A DNA stretch of 64,000 bases from Minisyncoccia bacterium (GTDB lineage Bacteria; Patescibacteriota; Minisyncoccia; Phycocordibacterales; UBA9973). A program made the translations under genes and the position numbers. This document shows, piece after piece, positions 27,221 through 37,078 of this stretch. The notes under the pieces are model-generated. The model saw only the letters and a list, made by a program, of their open reading frames with translations. It did no database searches and was not told the origin of the DNA. Within the stretch, counting starts at the first letter, position 1; each line of letters starts with the position of its first letter. The stretch is from the NCBI GenBank assembly GCA_038249055.1, contig JBBRWS010000001.1:14244-78243 (forward strand), in the 5' to 3' direction.

Positions 27221-28918
27221 ATGAAATTTCATATAAATCAAAAAAGAATAAAAAAAGATATTGATCCTGATGAAATTTTTCTAGATTCCAAGAATTTACC
27301 TAATTTTAATACTCAACAATTTGAAGGAAGGCTAGAAAAGGCAATTCCAAAACACTCTATTTTTTTAATAGGAATATTTTTTATTTCAGTTCTTTTTATC
27401 TTTATTTGGCAAGTATTTAATCTTCAAATAATAAAGGGAGAGGCTTATTTAAAAAAAAGTGAAAATAATACGCTAATGAAAAAACCTATTTTTGCGGATA
27501 GGGGCTTAATTTACGACCGTAAGGGAGTAATACTTTCTTGGAATAAATGGGATAATGAGGATATTAATAAGTTATCATCTCCACAAAGATCTTATTTTCC
27601 TTCACCTGGATTTGGATTATTGCTTGGTTATGTAAGCCAACCAGCGAAAGATTCTTCTGGTTATTATTGGCAAGATGAATTTATCGGAAAAGATGGAGTA
27701 GAAAAATTTTTTAATGATAGGTTAACTGGCATTAACGGTGTTCGCATAACAGAAACAGACGTAGGTGGTATTGTTCAATCTGAGAACATGATATTATCTC
27801 CGCAGTCAGGAGAAAATATTAATCTTTCTATTGATTCACAAATTCAAAAAAAAATGTACGAATCAATTTCTTTAATGGCAAAAAATTCTAATTTTATGGG
27901 AGGTGCAGGTGTTATTATGGATATAAAATCTGGCGAAATTTTGGCAATTACAAGCTATCCTGAATATGATGGCAATGTTTTGTCTTTAGGTAAAGATACT
28001 AAAACTATAAATGGATATTTTTCAGATAAACGAAAAGTTTTTTTGAATCGTGCAGTTTCTGGGTTGTATAGTCCAGGGTCAATAATCAAACCATTTTTGG
28101 GTTATGCAGCATTAGTTGAAAATGTTATTAGTCCAGTAAAAGTAATCCTTTCAAATGGTTCTATTTCAATTCCAAATCCATACTATCCCGAAAAAAGATC
28201 TGTATTTAGAGACCACGGTTCTTTTGGTTATGTAGATATGAAAAAGGCTATTGCTATTTCTTCTGACGTATATTTTTATCAAATAGGAGGAGGTTTTGAG
28301 AGTCAAAAAGGGTTAGGTATTATTAATATTGATAAATATTCACGAATATTTGGAATTGGAGAAAAAACAGGTATTAATCTTAATGGTGAAAAAGATGGAA
28401 CAATTCCGACTCCCGAATGGAAAACAAAAACATTTAAAGGTGAACCTTGGAGAGTTGGAGATACATACAATACATCCATTGGACAGTATGGTTTTCAGGT
28501 TACTCCTATACAGATGGTAAAAGCTATTGCTGCTATTGCTAACATGGGTATGGTTTATACTCCTCACATAACACTTGCTGATAAAAGTTTTGAATCACAA
28601 ATTACAAATATTCCAATTGATGCAAATAAAATAAAAACAATATACGAGGGTATGAGAATGGCCGTGACGGAGGGAACTTGTGTAGCACTTAATATCCCAA
28701 AAGTTAAAGTTGCAGCAAAATCAGGTACAGCTCAGGTTGGTTTAGGAAATACTAATACAAACTCATGGATTGTTGGATTTTTCCCATACGAGAATCCAAG
28801 ATATTCTTTTGCTTTGGTTATGGAAAGAGGTCCTAAGGCCGCATCGGGGAATGCTACTCGAGTAATGAGTGAAGTAGTAGATTATATGAGTGTTTACACA
28901 CCCGAATATTTACAATAG
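27221..28918 (+). CDS. mrdA: Penicillin-binding protein 2 (class B transpeptidase)
   Basis: SxxK (SIIKP), SxN-like SSD, KSG(T) triad; N-terminal TM and dimerisation domain. Confidence 0.8.
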   Translation: MKFHINQKRIKKDIDPDEIFLDSKNLPNFNTQQFEGRLEKAIPKHSIFLIGIFFISVLFIFIWQVFNLQIIKGEAYLKKSENNTLMKKPIFADRGLIYDRKGVILSWNKWDNEDINKLSSPQRSYFPSPGFGLLLGYVSQPAKDSSGYYWQDEFIGKDGVEKFFNDRLTGINGVRITETDVGGIVQSENMILSPQSGENINLSIDSQIQKKMYESISLMAKNSNFMGGAGVIMDIKSGEILAITSYPEYDGNVLSLGKDTKTINGYFSDKRKVFLNRAVSGLYSPGSIIKPFLGYAALVENVISPVKVILSNGSISIPNPYYPEKRSVFRDHGSFGYVDMKKAIAISSDVYFYQIGGGFESQKGLGIINIDKYSRIFGIGEKTGINLNGEKDGTIPTPEWKTKTFKGEPWRVGDTYNTSIGQYGFQVTPIQMVKAIAAIANMGMVYTPHITLADKSFESQITNIPIDANKIKTIYEGMRMAVTEGTCVALNIPKVKVAAKSGTAQVGLGNTNTNSWIVGFFPYENPRYSFALVMERGPKAASGNATRVMSEVVDYMSVYTPEYLQ

Positions 28919-28945
28919 TTAGTAGGATAAAACCTTTACTTCTAT

Positions 28946-29022
28946 ACCTACTTGTAGAGGTCAAACCTCCGAAACCAATTAGCCCAGTAGGTGATTGTAC
29001 TCAATCAAGGTTGGACCTCTAA
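28946..29022. repeat. Palindromic element family A, copy A3 (~23-bp arms cctacttgtagaggtcaaacctc / gaggttggacctctaaaagtagg with ~38-nt centre)
   Basis: Inverted repeat read directly between mrdA and greA. Confidence 0.65.
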
Positions 29023-29203
29023 AAGTAGGTGTGGGGGGTTTACTTATTTGTAAAAAATGAGTAATATACGTCTATCATAGATCCCGTTAGTTTATATATT
29101 TTATATAAGCTAACGGGAATTATGTTTATAAAAATGGTTAATATGTCAGTCTTATTAGTTAATCAATGTATGAGAATTTTAATTTTCTCTACCCTTAAAC
29201 AGA

Positions 29204-29668
29204 ATGGATGAAATAAATTATATAACAGAAGAAAAAAAGAAGTCATTACAAGAAGAACTTGATTATCTTAAAACAACTAAACGTAAAGAAATACTCGAGT
29301 CTTTAGAGGCGGCTCGTGCTCTAGGGGATTTGTCTGAAAATGCAGAATATCATCAAGCTCGTGAAGATCAAGGAAAAACAGAAGATCGTGTTCATCAAAT
29401 AGACCATATGTTAAAATCTGCGGTGGTTGTTAAAAAACATTCAAGCCGTAATGTTGAAATCGGTACTACTGTTATAGTAAAAAAAGAAAATTCAAAAGAT
29501 GAAATAACTTATAGTATTGTAGGAGCCGAGGAAGCTGATATGAAAAATAATAAAATTTCAAATAAATCACCACTTGGAGAAGCATTGTTTGGTAAAACAA
29601 AAGGAGATGTTGTTTCAATTAAAACTCCAAAGGGGCTAGTCAAATACACTCTAGTTGATATACAATAG
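29204..29668 (+). CDS. greA: Transcription elongation factor GreA
   Basis: LGDLSENAEYHQAREDQ coiled-coil signature, 154 aa. Confidence 0.9.
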   Translation: MDEINYITEEKKKSLQEELDYLKTTKRKEILESLEAARALGDLSENAEYHQAREDQGKTEDRVHQIDHMLKSAVVVKKHSSRNVEIGTTVIVKKENSKDEITYSIVGAEEADMKNNKISNKSPLGEALFGKTKGDVVSIKTPKGLVKYTLVDIQ

Positions 29669-29673
29669 AGAAT

Positions 29674-31161
29674 ATGGCATCAATAGAAGAATTACGCGAT
29701 ACGCGTCTTATAAAAATTAATAAATTAATTGAAGCAGGAATGGAACCATTTCCGGTTTCTGTTTTACGTGATTACTCAATAAAAGAAGTAAAAGATTCTT
29801 TTGAAAAACTTTTACCTAAATCGGAAGAAAAAAATATTTCAATCGCAGGCAGAGTGATTGTTGTTCGTGGACAAGGAGCAATACTTTTTATAGTGTTGCA
29901 AGATGGAGATGAAAGATTTCAGGCTGTATTGAAAAAGGATTCTTTGGAAGAAAAATTATTTAACTTATTTGTTGATACTATTGATAATGGAGATTTTATT
30001 TCTGTAACGGGATCACTTTTTGTAACTCAAAGAGGGGAACAAAGTATTTTGATTAAAAATTGGAAGATGGCAACTAAGGCACTTCTACCACTTCCTGATA
30101 AATGGCATGGACTTCAAGATGTAGAGGAAACTTATCGTAAAAGATATTTAGATATTTTAATGGACAAGGAAGTTTACAATAGATTTGTTTTGCGTTCAAA
30201 AATAATTAAATTTGTCAGAGGATTTTTTGATAATAAAAATTTTCTTGAAGTAGAAACACCTATTTTACAAAATCAGGCTGGAGGAGCAATGGCAAAAGTA
30301 TTTGAAACTCATCACAATGACTATGATATGGATATGGTTCTTCGTATTTCACTTGAATTAGAGCATAAAATGCTTATGGTGGGAGGATATGAAAGAGTTT
30401 ATGAAATAGGTAAAAATTTTAGGAATGAAGGTTCTGATCCTACTCATTTACAAGAATTCACAATGATAGAATGGTATGCTGCTTACCAGACCTTAGAAAC
30501 AAATATGAAGTGGACTGAGGAACTCATTAAATCTATTGCAAAAGACCTAATGAACAAAACTACTTATAAGATTTATGATAACGATGGTAATGCAGTAGAT
30601 GTTGATTTAGGTGAAGAATGGCCTCGAATTACTTTTGGAGAATTATTAAAAAAAGATGCCGGAATAGATATAGAAACTATAACTTTAGAGGAAGCTAAAG
30701 CACAGGCTCTAAAATGGGGGGTAAAAGAAGAAGAAGTTAAAAAATTAGGAAGGGGTAATTTACTTGATAAAATTTATAAAAAATCTTCTAGAGGTAAAAT
30801 AATTAATCCGACTTTCATCACAGATTTTCCTGGAGATTTAAAACCTCTTGCTCAACAGAATAGTAATGGGACTGCAAAAGTTTGCCAGCTCATAATTGCT
30901 GGAGCAGAAATTACAAATCAATATGCAGAATTAGTGAATCCTATAATTCAAAGAGAATTACTTGTTTCTCAGTCAAATGCAAAAGAAGGTGGGGATGAAG
31001 AAGCGATGGATGTAAATGAAGGATTTATAACTGCAATGGAACATGGTATGCCTCCGATGACAGGGTTTGGTATGGGGATAGATCGTCTGGTTTCTATTTT
31101 TACAGAACAGAAAAATTTAAGAGATGTAGTTTTCTTTCCAATAATGAAACCAAGAGAATAA
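29674..31161 (+). CDS. lysS: Lysyl-tRNA synthetase, class II
   Basis: OB-fold N-term, FRNEGSDPTHLQEFTMIEWY motif 2 region, GMGIDRL motif 3. Confidence 0.95.
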   Translation: MASIEELRDTRLIKINKLIEAGMEPFPVSVLRDYSIKEVKDSFEKLLPKSEEKNISIAGRVIVVRGQGAILFIVLQDGDERFQAVLKKDSLEEKLFNLFVDTIDNGDFISVTGSLFVTQRGEQSILIKNWKMATKALLPLPDKWHGLQDVEETYRKRYLDILMDKEVYNRFVLRSKIIKFVRGFFDNKNFLEVETPILQNQAGGAMAKVFETHHNDYDMDMVLRISLELEHKMLMVGGYERVYEIGKNFRNEGSDPTHLQEFTMIEWYAAYQTLETNMKWTEELIKSIAKDLMNKTTYKIYDNDGNAVDVDLGEEWPRITFGELLKKDAGIDIETITLEEAKAQALKWGVKEEEVKKLGRGNLLDKIYKKSSRGKIINPTFITDFPGDLKPLAQQNSNGTAKVCQLIIAGAEITNQYAELVNPIIQRELLVSQSNAKEGGDEEAMDVNEGFITAMEHGMPPMTGFGMGIDRLVSIFTEQKNLRDVVFFPIMKPRE

Positions 31162-31175
31162 AATAATTACTAATT

Positions 31176-31210
31176 AAAAATGACCAAGCTTTAAACAGCT
31201 TGGTCATTTT
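31176..31210 (+). terminator. Hairpin aaaaatgaccaagct-ttaaac-agcttggtcatttt after lysS
   Basis: Perfect 15-bp stem flanked by A/T runs. Confidence 0.7.
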
Positions 31211-31482
31211 GTGGACTAATGTCATCTTCGCTTACGTATTCACTTCCACTATGCGGAAGAGGAAGATTTGTAGCAATTTTAATGTGCATTTTAGTTAAAG
31301 TTGCTACACCTTGTTCGTCTTTACCAGGAAGGTAAAATCCCAGTTGTAATTCGGGTATTTTTTGGGTGTCAGTCATATAACTATTTTTTTAGAAGTTTTA
31401 TAAATAATATAACAAAATAAGGGTTTTGTCTAGTGCTAAAAAATATTTTAAATATTTTTTAGCATAGTTATCCACACTTTAA

Positions 31483-31548
31483 GTGGGGGATTGTATTTGT
31501 ATTGTGGGACGAAGTGGTTTATAATCAAACTAAGTGGGATATAGTGGG
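31483..31548 (+). promoter_or_regulatory. Array of five direct GTGGG(G/A) repeats with 10/20-bp phasing upstream of mraZ (candidate MraZ-binding repeats in dcw promoter)
   Basis: GTGGG at 31483, 31504, (degenerate GTGGT 31514), 31534, 31544; MraZ is known to bind GTGGG direct repeats in its own promoter. Confidence 0.5.
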
Positions 31549-31581
31549 GAATAATTAATAACTATATTTTACTTTATTATT

Positions 31582-32016
31582 ATGCTCATAGGGGAATATA
31601 CACATACATTAGATGACAAAAATAGAATGTCATTACCCGTAAAATTCCGAAAGGAGATGGGCAAGAGTGTTGTTGTTGCTCCAGGTTTAGATAATTGTCT
31701 TTCAATTTTTACAACTCGTGAGTGGCAAAAAGTTTCAGAAAAGTTATCTGATTCATCAATGCTCGCAAGTGATAATAGAAGTTTTTCGAGATTTATGTTT
31801 GGTCAAGCTGTCATTGTAGATGTTGATAGTAACGGTCGAATATTAATCCCGGAAAATTTAAAAAATCGTTCAAGCCTAACAAACAAGGTGGTTGTTATTG
31901 GTGTGCAAAATCGTGCTGAAATCTGGAATGAAAAAGCATGGAACGATTATAAGAAAGTAGTAGAGAAACAAGCTGATGCCCTTGCGGATAAATTAGGGCA
32001 AATAGGAGTTCTTTAA
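31582..32016 (+). CDS. mraZ: Transcriptional regulator MraZ
   Basis: Two SpoVT/AbrB-like halves, DDKNRMSLP and DSNGRILIP motifs. Confidence 0.9.
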   Translation: MLIGEYTHTLDDKNRMSLPVKFRKEMGKSVVVAPGLDNCLSIFTTREWQKVSEKLSDSSMLASDNRSFSRFMFGQAVIVDVDSNGRILIPENLKNRSSLTNKVVVIGVQNRAEIWNEKAWNDYKKVVEKQADALADKLGQIGVL

Positions 32017-32017
32017 T

Positions 32018-32914
32018 ATGAAACATATTTCTGTATTACTAAACGAATCAATCGACGGTTTAAATATTAAACCCAACGATGTAATTGTTGACGGTACTCT
32101 CGGAGGGGGAGGACACACTTTAGAAATAATTAATCGTTTTGGTTCTAAGGTAAAAATAATTTGTTTAGACTTAGATTCTGATGCTATCGCTCGCTCTAAA
32201 AAATTGATAGATAAGACAGACTCCAATGTATCTTATGTAAATATTGGATTCCAGGACATTGATAAAGCGTTAGATGGCTTAGGTGTTAAAAGTGTAGATA
32301 AAATATTGCTTGATTTGGGTCTTAGTTCATTTCAATTAGAAGAAGGAAATAGAGGATTCTCATTTTCTAAAGATGAGCCACTTCTAATGACCATGAACAA
32401 GAGTCCACAAAGTGATGCTGTTACCGCTCATGGAATTGTTAACACTTGGGATGAAGAAACATTAGCAGATATTATATTTGGGTTTGGAGAAGAAAGATTT
32501 TCACGCAAAATAGCAAAAGCAATAGTAGAGGCACGTTTAGAAAAAGAAATAAAAACTACTTTTGATTTAGTTGAAATTATAGAGAAGACAGTAGGAAAGT
32601 TTTATAGAGGTAAAAAGATAAATCCTTCCACTAGAACATTTCAGGCAATCAGAATAGCAACCAACAGTGAGTTATCTAATTTAGAGCAAGTAATACAAAA
32701 AGGTTTTAATTATTTATCAAAAGGGGGAAGGATGGCCATAATATCATTTCATAGCTTAGAAGACAGAATAGTAAAAAAAGCCTTTGTAGAATTAAAAGAA
32801 AAAGGGGAAGTAAACATTATTACTAAAAAACCAATAGTTCCAAGTGATGAAGAGATAAAATTAAACCCACGTTCTCGTAGTTCAAAATTAAGAATAATAG
32901 AAAGAATAATATGA
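32018..32914 (+). CDS. rsmH: 16S rRNA (cytosine1402-N4)-methyltransferase RsmH (MraW)
   Basis: VDGTLGGGGH SAM motif, mraZ-adjacent. Confidence 0.9.
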   Translation: MKHISVLLNESIDGLNIKPNDVIVDGTLGGGGHTLEIINRFGSKVKIICLDLDSDAIARSKKLIDKTDSNVSYVNIGFQDIDKALDGLGVKSVDKILLDLGLSSFQLEEGNRGFSFSKDEPLLMTMNKSPQSDAVTAHGIVNTWDEETLADIIFGFGEERFSRKIAKAIVEARLEKEIKTTFDLVEIIEKTVGKFYRGKKINPSTRTFQAIRIATNSELSNLEQVIQKGFNYLSKGGRMAIISFHSLEDRIVKKAFVELKEKGEVNIITKKPIVPSDEEIKLNPRSRSSKLRIIERII

Positions 32915-33234
32915 TAAGAGCAAAAAAAATTACAAATGATATAGCCCAAAACATGAACACGCAAAAAATACTTTTTCGTATTCTTATTGTTAGTTCAGTA
33001 TTAATGTTTACTGTATATATCTATTTAGTTGGTTCAATTACTTTTAATATAATTGCTCGTAAATCATTGGAAAATACTCTAACTGAATTAACTAGTCATG
33101 TAAATAAGCTTGAATTATCGTATTTAAGTAATATTAATACAATTGATAAAGAATATGCCATATCTAAAGGTTTTGTAGACGTACATCAGAGTATATTTGC
33201 TGCACGTAATATTAACCATGTTGCTATTCGCTAA
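32911..33234 (+). CDS. ftsL: FtsL-like cell division membrane protein
   Basis: Single TM small protein between rsmH and ftsI; positional inference. Confidence 0.45.
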   Translation: MIRAKKITNDIAQNMNTQKILFRILIVSSVLMFTVYIYLVGSITFNIIARKSLENTLTELTSHVNKLELSYLSNINTIDKEYAISKGFVDVHQSIFAARNINHVAIR

Positions 33235-34940
33235 TGAAATTATTATCGTTTCAATCAAGAATAAGAATTATAATAGCTTGTATTTTTATAGTTTCAGCTA
33301 TTCTTTTGAGTAGGCTTTTTTTTGTTCAAGTTGTTCATAAAAACTTTTATGCAGAGAGAGCGGACAAGCAATATGTAACCCCCTCAAGTAATATATTTAA
33401 TCGTGGTTCAATATTTTTTTCAAAAAAGGATGGTTCTTTTGTAACGGCTGGAACTGTAACTTCAGGTTTTAAATTAGCGATGGTGCCAAAAGATATATTA
33501 AATGGCGAATCTGCTTATATTAAATTGAATCCTTATATTGAGATGGATGAATCTACTTTTTTATCAAAAGTTTCTAAAAAAAATGATCCCTATGAAGAAA
33601 TAGCCACTGGTTTAACAAAAGAACAAATTACTGAAATAGAAAATTTAAGTATAAAAGGAATTTCAATTTTTAAAGATAATTGGAGGTTTTATCCAAGCAA
33701 TAGTCTCGCTTCTCACACGATAGGGTTTTTAGCATTTAAAGGAGATTCTTTGGTTGGACAATATGGATTAGAGAGATATTATAATTCAACTCTTTCTAAG
33801 CCAAAAAATGAATCATATGTTAATTTTTTTGCAGAAGTTTTTTCAAATATAAGTGATACTATTACCAATACTAATAGGGGGGATATTATAACAACAATAG
33901 AACCCTCAGTTCAGTATTCGCTAGAGTCTGAATTATTAGCGACCTTAAATAAATGGAATGCTGATCAGGCAGGCGGTATAATAATGAATCCTCAAACTGG
34001 AGAAATATATGCAATGGTTGGTTTACCAGATTTTGATTTAAATAATTTTAAAAAAGTTTCTGATATTGGAGTTTATCGTAATCCTATTGTTGAAAATGTT
34101 TTTGAGTTTGGTTCAGTTATTAAACCATTAGTAATGGCAGGTGCTATTGATGCTGATGTAGTTTCTCCTGAAACAAAATATACCGATAATGGATTTATTG
34201 TTGTAGATAAGAAAACAATAAATAACTTTGATAAAAAAGGAAGAGGTGTAGTTACTATGCAAGACGTTTTAAACCAATCTCTAAATACTGGTATGGTTTT
34301 TGCTGAAAATAAGCTTGGACACGATAAGTTTCGTTCATATATGAAATCATATGGGATAGGAGATAAGACAGGTATTGATCTTCCAAATGAAACTTCAGGA
34401 CTTATTAGTAATCTAAACAGTCCAAGAAATATCGAATATGCGAATGCATCTTTTGGTCAAGGTATTGCTCTTACTCCCATAGAAGCAGCTAGAGCCTTTT
34501 CTATTCTTGCAAATGGAGGTAAATTAATTACACCACATTTAGTAAAAGAAATTAAATATGAAAACGGGCTATCAAAAAAAATAAATTATCCTTATACAAA
34601 AGAAAATATTCTTAAAAAAGAATCCACGGATACTATTACAAGAATGTTAATTAAAGTATTTGAGTCCTATGATAGTGGAAAATATAAATTTGATAACTAT
34701 AGTGTTGCAACAAAAACAGGAACTGCACAAGTAGCCCTCGAGGACGGAAAGGGGTATTATACAGACCGTCACATGCATTCTTTCTTTGGTTATTTCCCCG
34801 CATATGATCCTAAATTTTTAGTATTTCTTTTCTTAAAAAATCCAAAAGAGATAAAATATGCCTCGCAAACATTAATACCACCTTTTTTAAATATTACTAA
34901 GTTTATTTTAACTTATTATGGTGTTCCACCAGATAGATAA
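33234..34940 (+). CDS. ftsI: Penicillin-binding protein FtsI (class B transpeptidase)
   Basis: SVIKP (SxxK), SLN (SxN), KTGTAQV (KTG). Confidence 0.8.
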   Translation: MKLLSFQSRIRIIIACIFIVSAILLSRLFFVQVVHKNFYAERADKQYVTPSSNIFNRGSIFFSKKDGSFVTAGTVTSGFKLAMVPKDILNGESAYIKLNPYIEMDESTFLSKVSKKNDPYEEIATGLTKEQITEIENLSIKGISIFKDNWRFYPSNSLASHTIGFLAFKGDSLVGQYGLERYYNSTLSKPKNESYVNFFAEVFSNISDTITNTNRGDIITTIEPSVQYSLESELLATLNKWNADQAGGIIMNPQTGEIYAMVGLPDFDLNNFKKVSDIGVYRNPIVENVFEFGSVIKPLVMAGAIDADVVSPETKYTDNGFIVVDKKTINNFDKKGRGVVTMQDVLNQSLNTGMVFAENKLGHDKFRSYMKSYGIGDKTGIDLPNETSGLISNLNSPRNIEYANASFGQGIALTPIEAARAFSILANGGKLITPHLVKEIKYENGLSKKINYPYTKENILKKESTDTITRMLIKVFESYDSGKYKFDNYSVATKTGTAQVALEDGKGYYTDRHMHSFFGYFPAYDPKFLVFLFLKNPKEIKYASQTLIPPFLNITKFILTYYGVPPDR

Positions 34941-35046
34941 ATATGAATTCACCAAACTTTTTATCAGACAACCATTACAAATTAATTAATTTTTATAAAA
35001 TATATACACGTGGATTAGATAGTATTTTTAATGAAAATTCAGGCCT

Positions 35047-36348
35047 ATGAAAAAAAATTTCAAACAAATTATAGTCTTAATAATAACTTGGCAGGCAAAG
35101 TTAATCCTTTCAAGGTATCATCCAAAAATAATTGCCATTACTGGATCTGTAGGGAAGACTTCTACGAAAGATGCAATTTTTACTGTATTGTCAAAGTTTA
35201 AAAAAGTTAGAAAAAGTGAAAAAAGCTTTAATAGTGAAATAGGTTTACCTCTAACTATTTTAGGTTCTCCTAATGGTTGGAATGATCCATTTATATGGTT
35301 AGAAAATATAATCCATGGATTTTATTTAATTTTATGGAAACAGCCATATCCAGAATATTTAGTACTTGAAATAGGAGTTGGTAAGCCTGGTGATATAAAG
35401 AAAAATGTCGTTCCTTGGTTAAAACCAGATGTAGTTATAGTTACTCGTTTTCCTGATAAACCTGTCCATGTAGAATTTTTTGGTTCAGTTGAAAAAATTA
35501 TTGAAGAAAAAAGTGCACTTGTTTATGCATTAAAAAAAGATGGAATACTTATTTTAAATCATGATGATGAAAAAGTTTATTCACTACATCTTAAATCAAA
35601 TTGTAGGACTATATCATATGGAATGAATAAAAATTCAACTTATCATTCTGTTTATCCAACATATTTATATACAACAAAAAATAAAGTAAAAATTCCTGTC
35701 GGTATTAATTTTAAGTTAGAATATGAAGGAAATGTTTTTCCAGTAATGTTACCAAATATCTTAGGTATGCATAACATAGGGCAAGCATGTGCGGCTCTTG
35801 CATGTGCATGTGAATTGGGTTGTGATTTATTGGAATCAATAAAAGCAATTAGTGAATATGTAACACCACCAGGAAGATTGTCTCTTATTGAAGGTATAAA
35901 TAATTCTATAATAATTGATGATACTTATAATTCGTCACCCGTTGCTATGGATGCAGCAATAGAAGTATTAAAAGATATTGATGGGGGAAGAAAGATTGCG
36001 GTAATTGGAGATATGCTTGAATTGGGTAAATTTACAGAAGAAGAACACTATATAATAGGCGAAAAGATAAATGGAGTTGCAGATATTTTAGTTGTTGTTG
36101 GGCCACGGGCAAAATCTATTGCACAAGGCGCAATGGAAAATGGATTTTTACAAAAAAATATTTATAGTTTTGATTCTTCAAAAACAGCTTCTAAATTTTT
36201 AGAAGGTATAGTAGAAAAAGGAGATATTGTTCTAATAAAAGGCTCTCAAGGAGTACGCCTAGAAAGAGCTGTAGAGGCTATTATGGAACATAAAGAGCTT
36301 AAAGGGACTCTTTTGTGTAGACAGGATAAACATTGGTTAAATAGATAA
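35047..36348 (+). CDS. murF: UDP-N-acetylmuramoyl-tripeptide--D-alanyl-D-alanine ligase MurF
   Basis: ITGSVGKTSTKD P-loop, Mur ligase domains. Confidence 0.85.
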   Translation: MKKNFKQIIVLIITWQAKLILSRYHPKIIAITGSVGKTSTKDAIFTVLSKFKKVRKSEKSFNSEIGLPLTILGSPNGWNDPFIWLENIIHGFYLILWKQPYPEYLVLEIGVGKPGDIKKNVVPWLKPDVVIVTRFPDKPVHVEFFGSVEKIIEEKSALVYALKKDGILILNHDDEKVYSLHLKSNCRTISYGMNKNSTYHSVYPTYLYTTKNKVKIPVGINFKLEYEGNVFPVMLPNILGMHNIGQACAALACACELGCDLLESIKAISEYVTPPGRLSLIEGINNSIIIDDTYNSSPVAMDAAIEVLKDIDGGRKIAVIGDMLELGKFTEEEHYIIGEKINGVADILVVVGPRAKSIAQGAMENGFLQKNIYSFDSSKTASKFLEGIVEKGDIVLIKGSQGVRLERAVEAIMEHKELKGTLLCRQDKHWLNR

Positions 36349-36356
36349 AAATAAAG

Positions 36357-36382
36357 AAAACCCCTCCTAAAAAGGGGTTTTT
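36357..36382. terminator. Bidirectional hairpin aaaacccctcc-taaaaa-ggggtttt
   Basis: GC-rich perfect stem with flanking A/T. Confidence 0.65.
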
Positions 36383-36405
36383 CTGATAATTCTACATTAA
36401 AGTAG

Positions 36406-36786
36406 TTATTTAAGGCATACAACAATATGAGGAAAAATTGTGTTAAATTTTTTGATATCGATGAATTCACTTTTGGTAAATTCTATCCATTTTGATTCCT
36501 CTTTGTAAAAAACTCCAAAAACAACCAGACCATCATTGTTGATTGAAATCATTAACAACTTATTAGTTGGTAATCCTTCAATCTCAAAATCTGCGCTGTG
36601 AAATTTTGGATTTTTTTCTGCCTTCATACTGGGGATGATTTTATCTTTCTCGATGATTTTTAAATTTGAAGTTTCCAGATTTATAATCACCGACTGGATG
36701 AAGATAAGAATTTTTTCTTCAAATAATTTCCCTTTTTCTATTTCGAGAAAAGGGATTAAATCCACTTTAACAATTGATTCGCCCAT
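36406..36786 (-). CDS. Hypothetical protein
   Basis: ORF only. Confidence 0.35.
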   Translation of the reverse strand: MGESIVKVDLIPFLEIEKGKLFEEKILIFIQSVIINLETSNLKIIEKDKIIPSMKAEKNPKFHSADFEIEGLPTNKLLMISINNDGLVVFGVFYKEESKWIEFTKSEFIDIKKFNTIFPHIVVCLK

Positions 36787-37078
36787 GTTTTATTTTTTAT
36801 GTTTATGAATAACTTTTTTATAAATATAATATGTTTTTACCGTATTGTCAAATTTATTTTTATAGGTTATATAAATAAAAAAAGAGCCCCAAAATATATG
36901 GGACTCATTCTTTTATTTATTCTCTATTTAATTATTAAGACAAAAAATAGTTTGAGGCGATTTTGTAGTAGTATTCTTCGAAAATGAACACTAGATAATC
37001 ACAACATACATACTTTTTGACAAAGTAATATCAAAAGGGTACTTAGTGATACAATTTATTTCATAATATACTCCCTTT

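Noticed and set aside
31191-31376. 61-aa minus-strand ORF after lysS
   Set aside because: C-terminus is encoded by the lysS terminator hairpin and it lies in the mraZ promoter region; probably non-coding.
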